Positions 37,399 through 46,996 of a DNA stretch of 64,000 bases are shown one piece after another. The notes under the pieces are model-generated. The model was not told the DNA's origin. It saw only the letters and a list, made by a program, of their open reading frames with translations, and ran no database searches. A program made the position numbers and the translations under genes. This stretch comes from an uncultured Methanosarcinales archaeon (GTDB lineage Archaea > Nanobdellota > Nanobdellia > Woesearchaeales > DATDXC01), in NCBI GenBank assembly GCA_964510025.1, contig CAZDZV010000002.1, positions 62,001 to 126,000 on the forward strand, written 5' to 3'. The number at the start of each line of letters is the position of its first letter. The stretch's first letter is position 1.

Positions 37399-38502
37399 CT
37401 ATCCCAACTTCTCAACAAGAAGCATGCTAATATAAAATGAGGAGAAAAGTGTCTGGACCGCAATGATGGCAACTGTAAGGGCAAGCATGAACACATTCTC
37501 TTGCAGGCTCGGAAATCCCCTCGAGATCCAGTCCAGAATGACAATCGAAGAGAGTATGAGGCTTATGATAAACAAGATGGCTGACAGCAAGATACCTGTC
37601 TCAAGCTTCATGTACCTGGTAATAAGATCTAGGGTCTTGCTGCCCCTGATGAACCCTGCTGATTTCATGTAGGCCTTTGTGTAGAGCCCAAAAAGGATTA
37701 TCTGGTAGCCTGTTACAGAGAGAAAGCTGCCGACTATCATAGGCCTGTTATAGAGCAGAACGCCAAAAAGCCTGACCGGGCCGGTGACAAAGACAAGCAT
37801 TATCAACAGCCCCAGAACAAATAAACAGAGCCCAGGAACCATAAAAAGCCAGTTGGGCGAATACATCAGCATAAATCTTAGATGTCGCCAGCCGGCTGGT
37901 ATAGGCTTCAGCTTGGAATAGCCTATCCTGGGGTGATAGTCTATGGGTATGTTCTTTATCCTCATATCTTGCGCCTTTATCACCATCTCAGAGGCAAATT
38001 CCCATCCTGCAGCCTTTAGCTCGAGCTTATCCAGGGATTTTCTTTTTATGGCCCTTATGCCGCAGTGCGCATCCCTGACATCTGAATTAAAGAAAAGCCT
38101 GAGCAGCCCTGAAAGCAGGCGGTTTCCGATCCTGTTCTGAAAAGGCATAGAGGCTATACCGCCGCTGAACCTGTCTCCGATAACCATATCATAGCCTTTG
38201 TCCAAAAAAAACACAAACCTTGGTATATCCCGAAAATCATAGGTGCCGTCAGGGTCAGCTATAAGTATATAATCTCCTTTTGCCTTCTTCATTCCTTCGA
38301 GCAAGGCTACACCATATCCTAACTTACCATGCTTGTGCACCTTTGCTCCGAGAGCCGACGCAATTCTTGCTGAGCTGTCTGTTGAGGAATCAGATACAAT
38401 AATCTCAGTATTTTCTTGATCTGTCACCTGTCTTATCTGCTTGATTGCCCTGCCTATGGATCCTTCTTCATTCCTGCAGGGAAGGATCACGCTAAGCTTC
38501 AT
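37399..38502 (-). CDS. GT2, DPM-synthase-like, with C-terminal TM segments
   Basis: ILPCRNEE, GYGVAL, DPDGTY, DAHCGIRA; 4 C-terminal TMs. Confidence 0.88.
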   Translation of the reverse strand: MKLSVILPCRNEEGSIGRAIKQIRQVTDQENTEIIVSDSSTDSSARIASALGAKVHKHGKLGYGVALLEGMKKAKGDYILIADPDGTYDFRDIPRFVFFLDKGYDMVIGDRFSGGIASMPFQNRIGNRLLSGLLRLFFNSDVRDAHCGIRAIKRKSLDKLELKAAGWEFASEMVIKAQDMRIKNIPIDYHPRIGYSKLKPIPAGWRHLRFMLMYSPNWLFMVPGLCLFVLGLLIMLVFVTGPVRLFGVLLYNRPMIVGSFLSVTGYQIILFGLYTKAYMKSAGFIRGSKTLDLITRYMKLETGILLSAILFIISLILSSIVILDWISRGFPSLQENVFMLALTVAIIAVQTLFSSFYISMLLVEKLG

Positions 38503-38503
38503 T

Positions 38504-39367
38504 TTAGAAATCCTTGAGAAACTTCACCAGCTCTCTTGATTTTTCAAAATCCATAAATTCCTTTTTTGTCAATGCTGGGATGTCTTTTGGCCTTTTCTTC
38601 TTGAAGATGACAAGCTTATCAGCATCGACAAGCTTGGAGAGCGAATCAAGCTGCGGCTGGGGCCTGTCGCCTATCCTGGTCAAGATAAGCTCTTTTTCTT
38701 TCTTGGCTATTATGTCAAAGGGGACTTTTTTTGTTTCAAGGGCATCAAATCCAAGGTCGGAATATTTTTTTCCTACATCCGACTTAAGCTCATGCGCCTG
38801 CTTGTCGGGTGTCTGCAGGATGTCAATCTTCTCAAATACCTTGTGGCCGAAGATATCATAAAGCTTCAGCGCCTTGTTTATGGTCACGTCTGCCTCTCCC
38901 TTCTCATACCTCTGAACCATATGCTTGCTTACACCTATCTTCCTGGCTATATCGCCTAGGGACAACCCAAGCTGTTCCCTAAGGTGCCTAATTTTATAGC
39001 CTATGATGTGGGCTGTCAGTCCTGCATGGTCTGACTTTATGAAAGGAAACTTGTTCTCAAGCGAGAACTTAAACGTGGCAAAGTTAAGTGTATATATGCC
39101 AAACCTGGAATACACAACATTGTCTTCGATTGAATGGCCTGCCTTTTCTGATATTATAAGGGGAGATGCCCCTACATATGAGGCAATGTAATTCATCTGC
39201 TGCGCATACTCCTGGGATATGGAATTAGCATCCTCCAATATCTTTACAAGCAGTATCTCTGCTTCTTTTCTTGCCAGGACATCAAAGCATGTCCTGGTCA
39301 ATATCTTTATGGTAAAGCCTTTTCTTAGAAGATAAAGGGAGAGCTTGTCCAGTATGCCGGGTTTCAT
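38504..39367 (-). CDS. Archaeal HTH (Cro/C1-type) regulator with PD-(D/E)xK-like flanking domains (COG1395-like)
   Basis: CFDVLARK..LLVKIL; HTH LREQLGLSLGDIARKIGVSKHMVQRYEKG; PFDIIAK. Confidence 0.8.
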   Translation of the reverse strand: MKPGILDKLSLYLLRKGFTIKILTRTCFDVLARKEAEILLVKILEDANSISQEYAQQMNYIASYVGASPLIISEKAGHSIEDNVVYSRFGIYTLNFATFKFSLENKFPFIKSDHAGLTAHIIGYKIRHLREQLGLSLGDIARKIGVSKHMVQRYEKGEADVTINKALKLYDIFGHKVFEKIDILQTPDKQAHELKSDVGKKYSDLGFDALETKKVPFDIIAKKEKELILTRIGDRPQPQLDSLSKLVDADKLVIFKKKRPKDIPALTKKEFMDFEKSRELVKFLKDF

Positions 39368-39450
39368 AGCAGATGGTTATTGGATTATATATTAAATATT
39401 TTGTCTTTTGAACGAAAAGATATATATAGTCATAGTCAAAAATAATAAGT

Positions 39451-39984
39451 ATGATATTAACGATAAGCGGGGTGGCTGGATCAGGCAAGTCAACTGTTGC
39501 GAGATTGCTGGCTAAGAAGCTTGGATTGAAGCATCATTCTTCTGGAGATTTTATGAGGCAGATGGCACAGGAGAGAGGCCTGACGCTTCTGGAGCTAAGC
39601 AAGCTGGCTGAAAAAGACAAGGCCATAGACAAGGAGCTTGATGACAGGCAGAAAGAGATCGGAAAAAAGGAGGACAACTTCATAATAGACGGAAGGCTAA
39701 GCGCCTTCTTTATACCCCATGCTGATTTCAAGATTTTCCTGGATTGTGAAACAAAAGAAGCTGCTAAGAGGATAATGAAAGACAAGAGGCATGGAGACAG
39801 GGCTGATAATATAGCGGATATGGTTAAGATAATTAAGAAAAGGCAGGCATCAGAAAAGAAGAGATACCGAAATTATTACGGTTGTGATCCATATGACAGA
39901 AGTATATATGATATTGTCATCGATTCCAGTGACAAAAAACCAGAAGATGTGCTGAAGATTATAATGGACAGGATAACTATATAG
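39451..39984 (+). CDS. cmk: Cytidylate kinase, archaeal type
   Basis: ISGVAGSGKST, SGDFMR, IDKELD, DGRLS, RYRNYYG.D. Confidence 0.92.
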   Translation: MILTISGVAGSGKSTVARLLAKKLGLKHHSSGDFMRQMAQERGLTLLELSKLAEKDKAIDKELDDRQKEIGKKEDNFIIDGRLSAFFIPHADFKIFLDCETKEAAKRIMKDKRHGDRADNIADMVKIIKKRQASEKKRYRNYYGCDPYDRSIYDIVIDSSDKKPEDVLKIIMDRITI

Positions 39985-39986
39985 TT

Positions 39987-40289
39987 TTGAGCAAACTATA
40001 TATCTATTTTTTTGGATATGCTGCATGCCAGGATTGGCCAAATGTAGATCCTGAAGTCATGGGATACCTGGGCCATACAGCTCAGCGCTTGGTTGCGGGA
40101 GATCCAATAGAGGATAATGGACTAGGGTATGTCCTTAGACAGCTGGACAGAAGAGAATTACTGGACATAGGGACTGCTGCAACAAACTATTTCAGGGAGC
40201 CAGAAAATGAAAGCTACAGGGGCCAGCTTAGAGCTGTAACAGAAGGCATATTGGATAAGTGGCAAGGGATCGTAAATCAGCCTGCATGA
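39987..40289 (+). CDS. Hypothetical protein
   Basis: 100-aa ORF filling the gap between cmk and slyD; TTG start uncertain. Confidence 0.5.
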   Translation: MSKLYIYFFGYAACQDWPNVDPEVMGYLGHTAQRLVAGDPIEDNGLGYVLRQLDRRELLDIGTAATNYFREPENESYRGQLRAVTEGILDKWQGIVNQPA

Positions 40290-40361
40290 CACCAAAACAT
40301 TTATAAATGCCTGACTATTTCTTAGAAGCATAATTCTACGGAATTTAATTTGAGGTAGAAA

Positions 40362-41024
40362 ATGGTTCAGATAAGGAAAAAAGATTTTGTCGAGATTGAA
40401 TATACAGGCAGGACAAAGGACGACAACAGCGTGTTTGATACTACAGATGAAGCCACAGCGAAGCAGAATGAGCTGCAGGATGCAAACTACGGCCCGGTTG
40501 TAATCTGCATAGGCGAAAACCAGATCCTGCCGGGACTGGATAAGCAGCTTGAGAAAAAGGAAGTAGGCAGGGAATACAAGATAGAGCTGAAGCCAGAAGA
40601 TGCTTTCGGAAAAAAGGATGCGAAGCTGATCCAATTGGTGCAGACCAGCAAGTTCCTCAAGCAGAACGTACAGCCCATGCCTGGACTGCAGGTAAATATA
40701 GACGGAATGATGGCTACAATCAAGACTGTTTCAGGCGGCAGAACACTTGTTGATTTCAACCACCCATTGGCTGGCAAAGAGCTTGTCTACGAAGTCAGGC
40801 TGAATAAGATAGTAAGCGATGACAAGAAAAAGCTTGAATCGTTCGTGAAGATAAGCCTTGGGTTGGAAGTTGAGGCAGAGATCAAAGAAGGAAAGGCTAA
40901 GGTGACCATAAAAAATGAAATCCCCAAGGATGCAAAAGAGAAGCTCATCAAAAAGATCAAGGAAATAATCCCAAAAATCGAGGATATTGAATTTATCATT
41001 AAGCAAGAGAAAAAGAAACAATAA
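40362..41024 (+). CDS. slyD: FKBP-type peptidyl-prolyl isomerase (long archaeal SlyD type)
   Basis: IEYTGR, FDTT, PEDAFG, VDFNHPLAGK. Confidence 0.92.
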   Translation: MVQIRKKDFVEIEYTGRTKDDNSVFDTTDEATAKQNELQDANYGPVVICIGENQILPGLDKQLEKKEVGREYKIELKPEDAFGKKDAKLIQLVQTSKFLKQNVQPMPGLQVNIDGMMATIKTVSGGRTLVDFNHPLAGKELVYEVRLNKIVSDDKKKLESFVKISLGLEVEAEIKEGKAKVTIKNEIPKDAKEKLIKKIKEIIPKIEDIEFIIKQEKKKQ

Positions 41025-41063
41025 AGTTTAAATATAAGTAATTTCACATCGTATGTTAATGAG

Positions 41064-42167
41064 GTGGGGAAAGTGGAGGTAATCCAAAAGCCTGATGATG
41101 AGATAAACGAAGCAATTAAGGCAAACACTGCTGATGCAGAACTTGAAGAATACCTATCAAAACAAAAGGCTTCTATAAAGGTAATAGGGACAGGCGGTGG
41201 AGGAAACAACACCATAAACAGGATCAGCGAGGTAGGAATATTGGGCACAGAAAGCATCGCCATAAACACTGATGCCCAGGACCTGCTGTATACAACTGCG
41301 GATAAGAAAGTCCTGATAGGAAAGGACATCACAAAAGGCCTTGGAGCAGGCAGCAACCCAAAGATGGGAGAAGAGGCTGCAAGGGAGAACGAGGCAGAGA
41401 TAAAGAAGCTTATAGGCAACTCAGATATGGTATTTATCACATGCGGCCTCGGAGGAGGAACAGGCACAGGGTCTGCGCCTGTCATCGCAGAAATCGCGAA
41501 GAAACTCGGCGCACTGACTGTTGCTGTCGTAACGCTTCCGTTCGCGATGGAAGGCCGGACAAGATATGATAATGCAACCCTGGGCCTTGAAAAGCTCGAG
41601 CAGATCGTTGACACGCTCATTGTCATACCTAATGATAAGCTGCTAGAGCTGGCACCTGACCTTCCGCTGCATACAGCATTCAAGGTCGCTGATGAGATAC
41701 TGACAAATGCTGTCAAAGGAATTGCAGAGCTCGTAACAAAGGCAGGATTGGTAAACCTTGATTTCGCTGACATAAGGGCGGTGATGAAAAACGGAGGCGT
41801 AAGCCTGATAGGGGTCGGAGAGTCTGACACAGATAACAGGGCAATAGAAGCTGTAGAGAAAGCCTTAAGCAATCCGCTGCTTGACGTTGACGTGACAAAT
41901 GCCAACGGAGCCCTGATAAATGTTGCCGGGGGCCCTGATATGACGCTTGATGAGGCAAGGAAAGTGGTAGAAACAGTATCAGAAAGGCTGGCTGACAACG
42001 CAAGGATCATATGGGGTGCGCAGATATACGAGGATCTCGCAAAGACAATAAGGACCATGCTCATAATAACAGGGGTGAAGTCTTCACAGATATTCGGGCC
42101 TGGAAGGCTGACAAAAGACAAGAAGAGGAAGGAAATCGAAAGGGAGCTAGGAATTGACTTTTTATAA
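41064..42167 (+). CDS. ftsZ: Cell division protein FtsZ
   Basis: GTGGGGNN, GLGGGTGTG, NLDFAD. Confidence 0.97.
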   Translation: MGKVEVIQKPDDEINEAIKANTADAELEEYLSKQKASIKVIGTGGGGNNTINRISEVGILGTESIAINTDAQDLLYTTADKKVLIGKDITKGLGAGSNPKMGEEAARENEAEIKKLIGNSDMVFITCGLGGGTGTGSAPVIAEIAKKLGALTVAVVTLPFAMEGRTRYDNATLGLEKLEQIVDTLIVIPNDKLLELAPDLPLHTAFKVADEILTNAVKGIAELVTKAGLVNLDFADIRAVMKNGGVSLIGVGESDTDNRAIEAVEKALSNPLLDVDVTNANGALINVAGGPDMTLDEARKVVETVSERLADNARIIWGAQIYEDLAKTIRTMLIITGVKSSQIFGPGRLTKDKKRKEIERELGIDFL

Positions 42168-42168
42168 A

Positions 42169-42354
42169 ATGGCAAATTCTCTAATCGTAAAGTTCAAAAG
42201 CTTCTGCATGGAATGCTGGAGAGTGATCAAGGTAACAAAGAAACCAGATAGCTATGAGTTCAAGACAATTGTGAAGGCGTCAGGATTAGGCATGCTTATA
42301 ATCGGCGGGATTGGATTTATAGTCCATCTGATCAAGGTTATGATAGGAGGATAA
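42169..42354 (+). CDS. secE: Protein translocase SecE/Sec61-gamma (start revised to 42169)
   Basis: RVIKVTKKPDSYEF followed by a TM; ftsZ-secE-spt5 context. Confidence 0.92.
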   Translation: MANSLIVKFKSFCMECWRVIKVTKKPDSYEFKTIVKASGLGMLIIGGIGFIVHLIKVMIGG

Positions 42355-42355
42355 G

Positions 42356-42826
42356 ATGGCTCAAGAAGACGAGGTTATATATTCGGTAAGGGTTACAGCA
42401 AACAGAGAAGACCAGGTTATGGACTTCATAGGCTCCAATGCGAAAAGAAAGAAGCTTGAGGTTTATTCTGTAATCAGGCCGCACGGTATGCGGGGCTATA
42501 TATTTATAGAGGCTGCCACCAGGACAGATGCTGAGCAGGCTGCATTCAATATCCCATACTCAAGGGGAGTGCTGCCGAAGCCTATACAGTACAATGAGAT
42601 AGAGCATATGCTTGAGCAGGTAAAAAGAGAGGTAAACATACAGAAGAACGATATCTGCGAAATAATCTCAGGCCCTTTCAAGAGGGAAAAGGCCAAGATA
42701 ACAAGGATAGACAAGCAGAAAGAAGAGGTTGTGGTTGAGCTTCTTGAAGCTGCCGTCCCTATACCAATAACTGTAAAGATGGACGCAGTCAAGGTAATAA
42801 GAAGGGACACGCCTGAGGAAGAATAA
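42356..42826 (+). CDS. spt5: Transcription elongation factor Spt5/NusG
   Basis: GYIFIEA; KOW motif EIISGPFK; AAVPIPITV. Confidence 0.95.
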   Translation: MAQEDEVIYSVRVTANREDQVMDFIGSNAKRKKLEVYSVIRPHGMRGYIFIEAATRTDAEQAAFNIPYSRGVLPKPIQYNEIEHMLEQVKREVNIQKNDICEIISGPFKREKAKITRIDKQKEEVVVELLEAAVPIPITVKMDAVKVIRRDTPEEE

Positions 42827-42861
42827 TAAGATTTATAAATCATACTCGATTTCTGATGACC

Positions 42862-42915
42862 GGTGGCTTGCAGATTAGACCAGGCATTTCTTCGGGCCTG
42901 GTGAAATGTAGGTAT
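42862..42915 (+). promoter_or_regulatory. Structured 5' leader of rpl11
   Basis: ACCAGGC (42879-85) pairs with GCCTGGT (42896-902); outer stem CTTGCA/TGTAGG; downstream of the TATA near 42832-42839. Confidence 0.5.
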
Positions 42916-42923
42916 CCAGCAAT

Positions 42924-43676
42924 ATGGCAACAGAAACTATTGAAGTGTTGGTAGAAGGAGGGAAAGCTACAGCTGCGCCTCCTTTAGGCCCTGCGCTAGG
43001 ACCGATGGGGGTAAACATCGGCCAGGTTGTAGGCAAGATAAATGAGAAGACAAAGGTCTTTGCAGGCATGAAGGTGCCTGTAAAGGTAAAAATAGATACA
43101 GATACAAAGGATTTCGATATTTCTGTCGGGACTCCGCCTGCTTCACAGCTTCTTAAGAAAGAGGCAGGCATTGAAAAAGGCTCTGGAAATCCCTTGGAAG
43201 ATAAGGTGGCAGATGTCCTAATAGAGCAGATAATAAAGATAGCGAAGATGAAAGAATCCAGCCTGCTGGGTACAACCCTGAAGCAGAAGGTAAAGGAGAT
43301 CATAGGGACATGCAATTCTATGGGCATACTTGTAGAGGGAAAGCCTGCAAAAGGGGCTATACAGGATGTCAATGCCGGAAAGTTTGATGCAGAGATAAAA
43401 GCGGAAAAAACAGAGCTGAGCGCAGATGAGAAGAAGAAGCTTGAAGAGGAGAAGAAGAAACTGGCAGAAACGATGGAGAAGAAAAGAGCTGAGTTTGTGA
43501 AGAATGCCAAAGAGATAATAGCATCTATGGAAGGAAAAGAAAAAGGCGCTATCAAGGCAAAGCTAAGGGATGAAGGAATCCCTGATGCGATAATCAAGGA
43601 ACTGCTTCCAGCTGAAGAAGCTGCTGCACCTGCTGCTAAGCCTGCAGAAGTAGAGAAAAAGGAAGAGAAAAAATAG
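42924..43676 (+). CDS. rpl11: 50S ribosomal protein uL11 with C-terminal extension
   Basis: GGKATAAPPLGPALGPMG, TPPAS.LL, GTCNSMG; 250 aa. Confidence 0.95.
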   Translation: MATETIEVLVEGGKATAAPPLGPALGPMGVNIGQVVGKINEKTKVFAGMKVPVKVKIDTDTKDFDISVGTPPASQLLKKEAGIEKGSGNPLEDKVADVLIEQIIKIAKMKESSLLGTTLKQKVKEIIGTCNSMGILVEGKPAKGAIQDVNAGKFDAEIKAEKTELSADEKKKLEEEKKKLAETMEKKRAEFVKNAKEIIASMEGKEKGAIKAKLRDEGIPDAIIKELLPAEEAAAPAAKPAEVEKKEEKK

Positions 43677-44408
43677 CTATTTTAACCTTATTGTTTCTAG
43701 ATCAAATTCCTCTAGCAATGATCTGATCTTTTGCTTGTACTTTCCCAGGCCTTTCCAATCCAGATAGATGAGCGTGGGCTTTGGGATTGTCCTGTCTATA
43801 GCCTGCTGCAGCATATCCCTGTCAAGGTGCTGCAGATGGTGCTTTGGGCATATGTGGCCTATTGCAATTTCCGTTTTAAGCTGCAGCTTGTTGAAGTTGT
43901 TGCAGTAGTGCGGGCCTCCGATGCCTATAGCTGATCTGCAGGAAGAGTCCGTCCTTAGCTTCATTATGACATCAGCTATAAGCTTTCCAGCCTGCTTATT
44001 TTGCCATTGCTCTGGCACCGATCCTATTTCTATGAAAAAGCATGGCTTTTCCAGATAAGGGCCATGATGGGTGCATTCAAGGCTAACCTGAAATTCTGGA
44101 AGATCATTCATCTCATTCATATATATGAATGCCTGCTTGAGCAGAGAAGCTGGCGAGATGCATACTCTTCTGTCAGCGCCTCCGGCTTCTGCAGCTGACC
44201 AGTTTCCAGGGGTATGGCAGCTTAATGTTGGTATGCCTTTCTTTGAGCTGTGCCGGGTGGCGAATATATAGATATCTGCATCAATATCAAGATCATCTGC
44301 ATAGATGGTGTCTTGCTCTATCATATGTATATCCTCCATCCCATGCAAAAAAGAGACAATATTCACCCCGGCTAAATCCTTGTTAGAGGCTATTATCGCT
44401 GTGCGCAT
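43677..44408 (-). CDS. dtdA: D-aminoacyl-tRNA deacylase (DTD2/GEK1 type)
   Basis: TRHSS, CHTPGN, ECTHHGP, FIEIGS...W, GGPHY, GHICPK. Confidence 0.9.
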   Translation of the reverse strand: MRTAIIASNKDLAGVNIVSFLHGMEDIHMIEQDTIYADDLDIDADIYIFATRHSSKKGIPTLSCHTPGNWSAAEAGGADRRVCISPASLLKQAFIYMNEMNDLPEFQVSLECTHHGPYLEKPCFFIEIGSVPEQWQNKQAGKLIADVIMKLRTDSSCRSAIGIGGPHYCNNFNKLQLKTEIAIGHICPKHHLQHLDRDMLQQAIDRTIPKPTLIYLDWKGLGKYKQKIRSLLEEFDLETIRLK

Positions 44409-44489
44409 ATTCTTCGGTTTGGCTGCGCAGATATAAAAAGCTTTAGAAAATCTTTTATTACTGTAAGGATTTCAGCAAAAGAGCTCTTT

Positions 44490-46034
44490 ATGAAAATGAA
44501 CAGACCATTGCTTGAGGCCGGCAGGATATACAGATGCGGGGCTGCAAGGAACATCACTACCTGGCTCGGCCGCAGGCTGTATAGGTCAACACCCTACAGC
44601 ACTGCTTTGGCAGGCGCTGTGATATACATGCTGAAAAAAGCTGGATTGGAGGGCATAACCAATCTGGCTGCTTACGGGCTTCCGGCGGCGATCGGCGGCG
44701 GTGCGCTCATAGGCGGTTTGGCGCTGAGGTATGTGCCTAACCTTATCACATTCAGGCATAGGTCCAAAGCGAAAGGGCTGGACTTCAGGCATAATGCCCA
44801 GTACAGGCTAGCTCACCTTGACGAACAGATAGATTTTTTTTGGGAAAGGATGTTCAGGCAGGAGGTGGATATCAGGTATGATAATGCTGATGTAGATACA
44901 GAGTCACAGATGCATCAGAGCTGCATCCCCAGGATAAGGCAGGCTATCGCTGGATTGGGTGACAGGGAACTTGCTTATCTGGGAGTGGACAGATCAAGAA
45001 GAGAAGAAGGCATTGATGCATTGATGGAAAGGCTGTTGTCTGCTAACCCGCAGACAGACCAGCTTGAGAAAACATACAGGGCATTCAAGACATCTGTCCA
45101 GGCAGCGTTTGGTCTTCCGCTAAATGTCGAAGAGCAGAAGAAGGTTGTAGGATTTGACATAAGCTGGTGGGAGGAATGGCTTAAGCTGCCATACCTGTTT
45201 TCTGGGGACAATTCATTAGCTGAAAAATGGGCTTCAGACAAGACACTTGCAGATATAAGGTCAGATAGCGGGATGGACAGCGCCCTGAGGCAGCTGCCAG
45301 GCAGCATGTGGCAGGCTGTATGGTTCATGCTGCTTTCTAGGGAGTTTGAGGTAAACCTGGGTGTGCAGCTATCGAAATGGGAAAAAAAGTACAATAGGCA
45401 GATGAGCGTCCAGTATCTGCTGTTTCCGGGCATAGAGAATGCAGAATGGTCAGAAGACCTGCCAGAGCTCAGAGCAGAAATACCCGGAGCGAGGGCGGAT
45501 ATGTTCAGCAGGATATTGTTCAGCAGAAGCTATGAAGCAGCGAGGGAGGTTCTTGACAGGATGTATCTGCATCTTGTAAAGGAAGTCACCAATGTCAGGG
45601 CTGCCTATGATCCGGAATACAGGTCTGGAGCCGTGGGCTATTCAAGTGTTGATGATCATAAGGAGATAGGGATATCATTCAAGAGGCTCAGAAAGGAGGA
45701 AAGAAGGATGGGCGACGCAAGATCCAGAATCCATGGATTTCTAGGGTATCTTAAGGATAATGACCCTGCTTTATGGCAGGATAGGGAAGGCATAAGGGCA
45801 GCAAAGATCGCATTTGAGCTTGACCATAGGGGACTAAGGCAGCTATTTGGCTTAGGCAGACCATATCGAGATATAAGGCAACCATTGTATATGGCCATTG
45901 CAGATAAGGCAGCATACAGCCACAGGCTGTATGCGATAAGGATGATGCACACATTATGCATGCTGCATATGAGGGGATATAGGAATTATCTGAAAGAGCT
46001 TGCATTCAGCCAAGCAGCACCCAGCCAGACTTGA
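44490..46034 (+). CDS. Hypothetical protein with N-terminal hydrophobic segments
   Basis: 514-aa ORF, Arg-rich, no family recognised. Confidence 0.7.
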   Translation: MKMNRPLLEAGRIYRCGAARNITTWLGRRLYRSTPYSTALAGAVIYMLKKAGLEGITNLAAYGLPAAIGGGALIGGLALRYVPNLITFRHRSKAKGLDFRHNAQYRLAHLDEQIDFFWERMFRQEVDIRYDNADVDTESQMHQSCIPRIRQAIAGLGDRELAYLGVDRSRREEGIDALMERLLSANPQTDQLEKTYRAFKTSVQAAFGLPLNVEEQKKVVGFDISWWEEWLKLPYLFSGDNSLAEKWASDKTLADIRSDSGMDSALRQLPGSMWQAVWFMLLSREFEVNLGVQLSKWEKKYNRQMSVQYLLFPGIENAEWSEDLPELRAEIPGARADMFSRILFSRSYEAAREVLDRMYLHLVKEVTNVRAAYDPEYRSGAVGYSSVDDHKEIGISFKRLRKEERRMGDARSRIHGFLGYLKDNDPALWQDREGIRAAKIAFELDHRGLRQLFGLGRPYRDIRQPLYMAIADKAAYSHRLYAIRMMHTLCMLHMRGYRNYLKELAFSQAAPSQT

Positions 46035-46590
46035 CAAAAGTAACTGCTATTGCACATAATATCAAGCCCATAAGCCTGCTGAGCACATCTGCGCCCTGCC
46101 TGCCAAGGAAATTATGGAGCTTATCCGAATATATAAGGGAGATCCATGTAATAAGAAGGTTAAGGGATGCTGCTGCAAGGGTAAGCCAGATCCCCACTGA
46201 ATCTGCGAGCAAGATGATGGTGGTTATCACTCCTGGCCCAGTTATCAGGGGGGTAGCTAAAGGGACTACTGCAAACTCATATTTCTCGAACCTTGTCTCC
46301 CTGAACCTCAGGCCTAAAACCATCTCAAGCCCGATTATCAGGATGATTATCCCTCCTGCCACCTTGAAGCTGTGGATACTCACCCCGAAAAAGGTAAGTA
46401 TGGCATCTCCAAAGAAAAGAAAGCACAGCAAAAGGATCCCGGCGACAATGACAGCCTTGTTTATGCTATGGACCTTCTGGCTTCTGCCAAGCTTATGAGA
46501 CAGTGTCCAGAACAAAGGCACGTTGCCCAGAACATCCATTATCACGAACAAAGAAAGGAATGCCTTGAAAAATTCTACAATCATCTGCAC
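46006..46590 (-). CDS. marC: MarC family membrane protein
   Basis: MDVLGNVPLF, FKVAGGII, VVPLATPLITGPG, SRLMGLIL. Confidence 0.9.
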   Translation of the reverse strand: MQMIVEFFKAFLSLFVIMDVLGNVPLFWTLSHKLGRSQKVHSINKAVIVAGILLLCFLFFGDAILTFFGVSIHSFKVAGGIIILIIGLEMVLGLRFRETRFEKYEFAVVPLATPLITGPGVITTIILLADSVGIWLTLAAASLNLLITWISLIYSDKLHNFLGRQGADVLSRLMGLILCAIAVTFVKSGWVLLG

Positions 46591-46700
46591 CTAGATGAAG
46601 GTGCTAGTATTTATTGATTTGTAATTATCAGAGAATCATAATATTTATATATAAGTATATTTATTTATATTATTTTAAGTAAAAAAATAAGTATATTACA

Positions 46701-46895
46701 ATGGCAGTTGAATTCAGGAGAAAATTGTACAGAAGAGGCAGCAGTTTCGAGACCACAATACCTATGCCGCTGCTGTTTGCAATCGACAAGAGCAAAAAGC
46801 ACAACGTTGTTTTCAGCTATGATCCTTCTTCCAACAAATGGTATATCAAATTTGAGAGAGCAAAAAAAAGTGTGGAGGACAAAATTGAGGAATAA
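46701..46895 (+). CDS. Small AbrB/SpoVT-like protein
   Basis: RKLYRRGSSFETTIP matches the AbrB-type K..G.S..TIP pattern. Confidence 0.6.
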   Translation: MAVEFRRKLYRRGSSFETTIPMPLLFAIDKSKKHNVVFSYDPSSNKWYIKFERAKKSVEDKIEE

Positions 46896-46996
46896 GGTAT
46901 TAGACAGGAAAATGAGAAAATGCCTTGAAATGCAGGCGCATACCGAACAGGAAGAGATAACAGACATAATTGAGCTGAAAGTAGCAGGTTAATGAT

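Noticed and set aside
36300..37544. Extended ORF-track starts (also 3055, 3753, 18231, 30844, 42154)
   Set aside because: They overlap neighbouring genes or precede the family-typical N-terminus; downstream ATGs fit better.
40787..43597. 462-, 144- and 240-aa minus-strand ORFs opposite ftsZ, spt5 and rpl11
   Set aside because: Antisense shadows of core genes.
46708..46992. 94-aa ORF, or 26-aa ORF from 46912, as a toxin partner of the AbrB-like gene
   Set aside because: The long form overlaps the AbrB-like gene out of frame; the short form has no toxin motif.
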